From Burkholderiales bacterium (GTDB taxonomy: Bacteria > Pseudomonadota > Gammaproteobacteria > Burkholderiales > Casimicrobiaceae): a DNA stretch of 46,866 nucleotides. Below the pieces are notes generated by a model that saw only the letters and a list, made by a program, of their open reading frames with translations, did not search any database and was not told where the DNA came from. The position numbers and the translations under genes are program-made. Shown piece after piece: positions 45,901 through 46,866 of this stretch (position 1 is its first letter; each line of letters starts with the position of its first letter). The DNA lies in assembly GCA_025925475.1 (NCBI GenBank), contig JAICLP010000001.1, positions 1-46,866 of the forward strand, in the 5' to 3' direction.

Positions 45901-46866
45901 TCAGTCACCTACAGGCCTTTCGAAAAAGAAGCATTGCGGAAGGAACGCGTGAGCAATGTATTCGACATCCTTCGCTGATACTCCCGATGCGCGAAAGTGA
46001 TCGCGCCACGCCCGGACAGTAGCGACGATGGCGTCGATTTCGCGCCTGGCAGCCTCGACGCTCAGCCCAAAGCGCTCGCATTGGGAGAGCAGGTTGTAGA
46101 TGCTTGCTGTGCGCCCATACTTGCCGACAATCATCGCAAGATCGCGACGCTCCGGATTGACCAACGAAACGGGAACTAGATCGTAGGCGGGCGTCAGAAG
46201 CCAGCCGTGCGCAGTCCTGCGCACTGCGTGGTTGCGCGGATGATCGTCGTTGTTGGTAATGGCTGCGTTGAAAACCATTCGGCGGAAAAGCTCGATTCGA
46301 TCCTCATTCGGTTTCTCCGACCAGCGCCGAAGCTGATCTGCCAGCAGAGGATAGGACCATCGACCGCGGTCGAGATGGTACTCATCGGCATCGAGCATGG
46401 TAAATGCGCTGACCAGCCCAAAGCGCAGGTAGCCACTCTCGGTGTGTCGGCGATCGAAACGCTCGATCATCAACACTTCCCTGCCTCCCATCGACTGCAG
46501 ACGTGAGGTGCAGACGTCGACTCCGCATCGACGCGCCAGCTGGAGCGTCGCGTGTTCCACTCGCTGGAGATTGAAGCGGTCGTCCTTTTGCGGAAACTTG
46601 CCTACCCAAAGACGGTCGCCGTCCTCGATCGTCGCCTTGGGCCTCGCACCACCCATCGAAGTGCCGGGCTCGAGCTGTTCGAGAATGTGCTCCGGCACCT
46701 GCCTGCCCTCTTCGATTGCTTCTGCGGCCGCAACAAGATCTGCCAGTTGATGCGTGCGGTTGTACCGATGCTTCGAGGCACGAGGCTCGACCGTGTCGCC
46801 GAAGGTCAGGTAGCCGGCGCCATCTTGCGGTCCGTGCAAGAGATAATCGAGCTCTTCCAAATCGGC
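45901..46866 (-). CDS. hipA: HipA family Ser/Thr kinase toxin, 5' end outside the window
   Basis: GTSMGGARPKA P-loop, KFP, IERFDR, ELFRRMVFN, NNDDHPRNH, LTPAYDL; frame stays open to the window end. Confidence 0.9.
   Translation of the reverse strand, partial: ADLEELDYLLHGPQDGAGYLTFGDTVEPRASKHRYNRTHQLADLVAAAEAIEEGRQVPEHILEQLEPGTSMGGARPKATIEDGDRLWVGKFPQKDDRFNLQRVEHATLQLARRCGVDVCTSRLQSMGGREVLMIERFDRRHTESGYLRFGLVSAFTMLDADEYHLDRGRWSYPLLADQLRRWSEKPNEDRIELFRRMVFNAAITNNDDHPRNHAVRRTAHGWLLTPAYDLVPVSLVNPERRDLAMIVGKYGRTASIYNLLSQCERFGLSVEAARREIDAIVATVRAWRDHFRASGVSAKDVEYIAHAFLPQCFFFERPVGD

Noticed and set aside
1-46866. CRISPR array, rRNA, transposase or integrase
   Set aside because: No regularly spaced direct repeats or recognisable motifs seen by eye; small RNAs could have been missed without covariance searches.

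Overview
GC-rich proteobacterial DNA (probably Betaproteobacteria, judged from a Bug/TctC protein and a Burkholderiales-like GhrB remnant), densely coding and mostly on the minus strand. All product calls come from motifs and remembered family sequences; no database search was run. Five blocks are visible. (1) 1-14041: an imino-acid/hydroxyproline catabolic island with two-subunit aconitase X, a split biotin-dependent carboxylase, a YihU-like reductase, an ornithine-cyclodeaminase-family protein, a proline-racemase-family protein, a ProC-like protein, a dipeptidase, an amino-acid ABC transporter, a DHDPS-family deaminase and two GntR regulators; three of its promoters share an ATTGYATCCAAT box. 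(2) 14152-25756: a probable variant vitamin B6/hydroxypyridine catabolic cluster with a 4-pyridoxate-dehydrogenase-like GMC enzyme, an FHMPC-dehydrogenase-like enzyme, an NMT1-type ABC transporter, a cupin dioxygenase, an LVIVD propeller, RidA, GST and a 2-hydroxyacid dehydrogenase lacking its NAD domain; a palindromic repeat is fused in frame to two gene starts. (3) 25825-33885: miscellaneous genes (dsbG, zwf, Rieske-FAD reductase, YdjM-like hydrolase, DUF72, membrane protein). (4) 33955-42505: a sulfocatechol-type ortho-cleavage operon (Rieske oxygenase, TctC, pcaHG, sulfomuconolactone-hydrolase-like enzyme, maleylacetate reductase) with MarR and a SulP-STAS-cNMP transporter. (5) 42634-46866: a compositionally distinct, tightly packed hipA - HNH - MazG-like - DUF2075 nuclease/helicase operon, the best candidate for an undescribed anti-phage system. 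No rRNA, intact tRNA, CRISPR array or transposase was seen.
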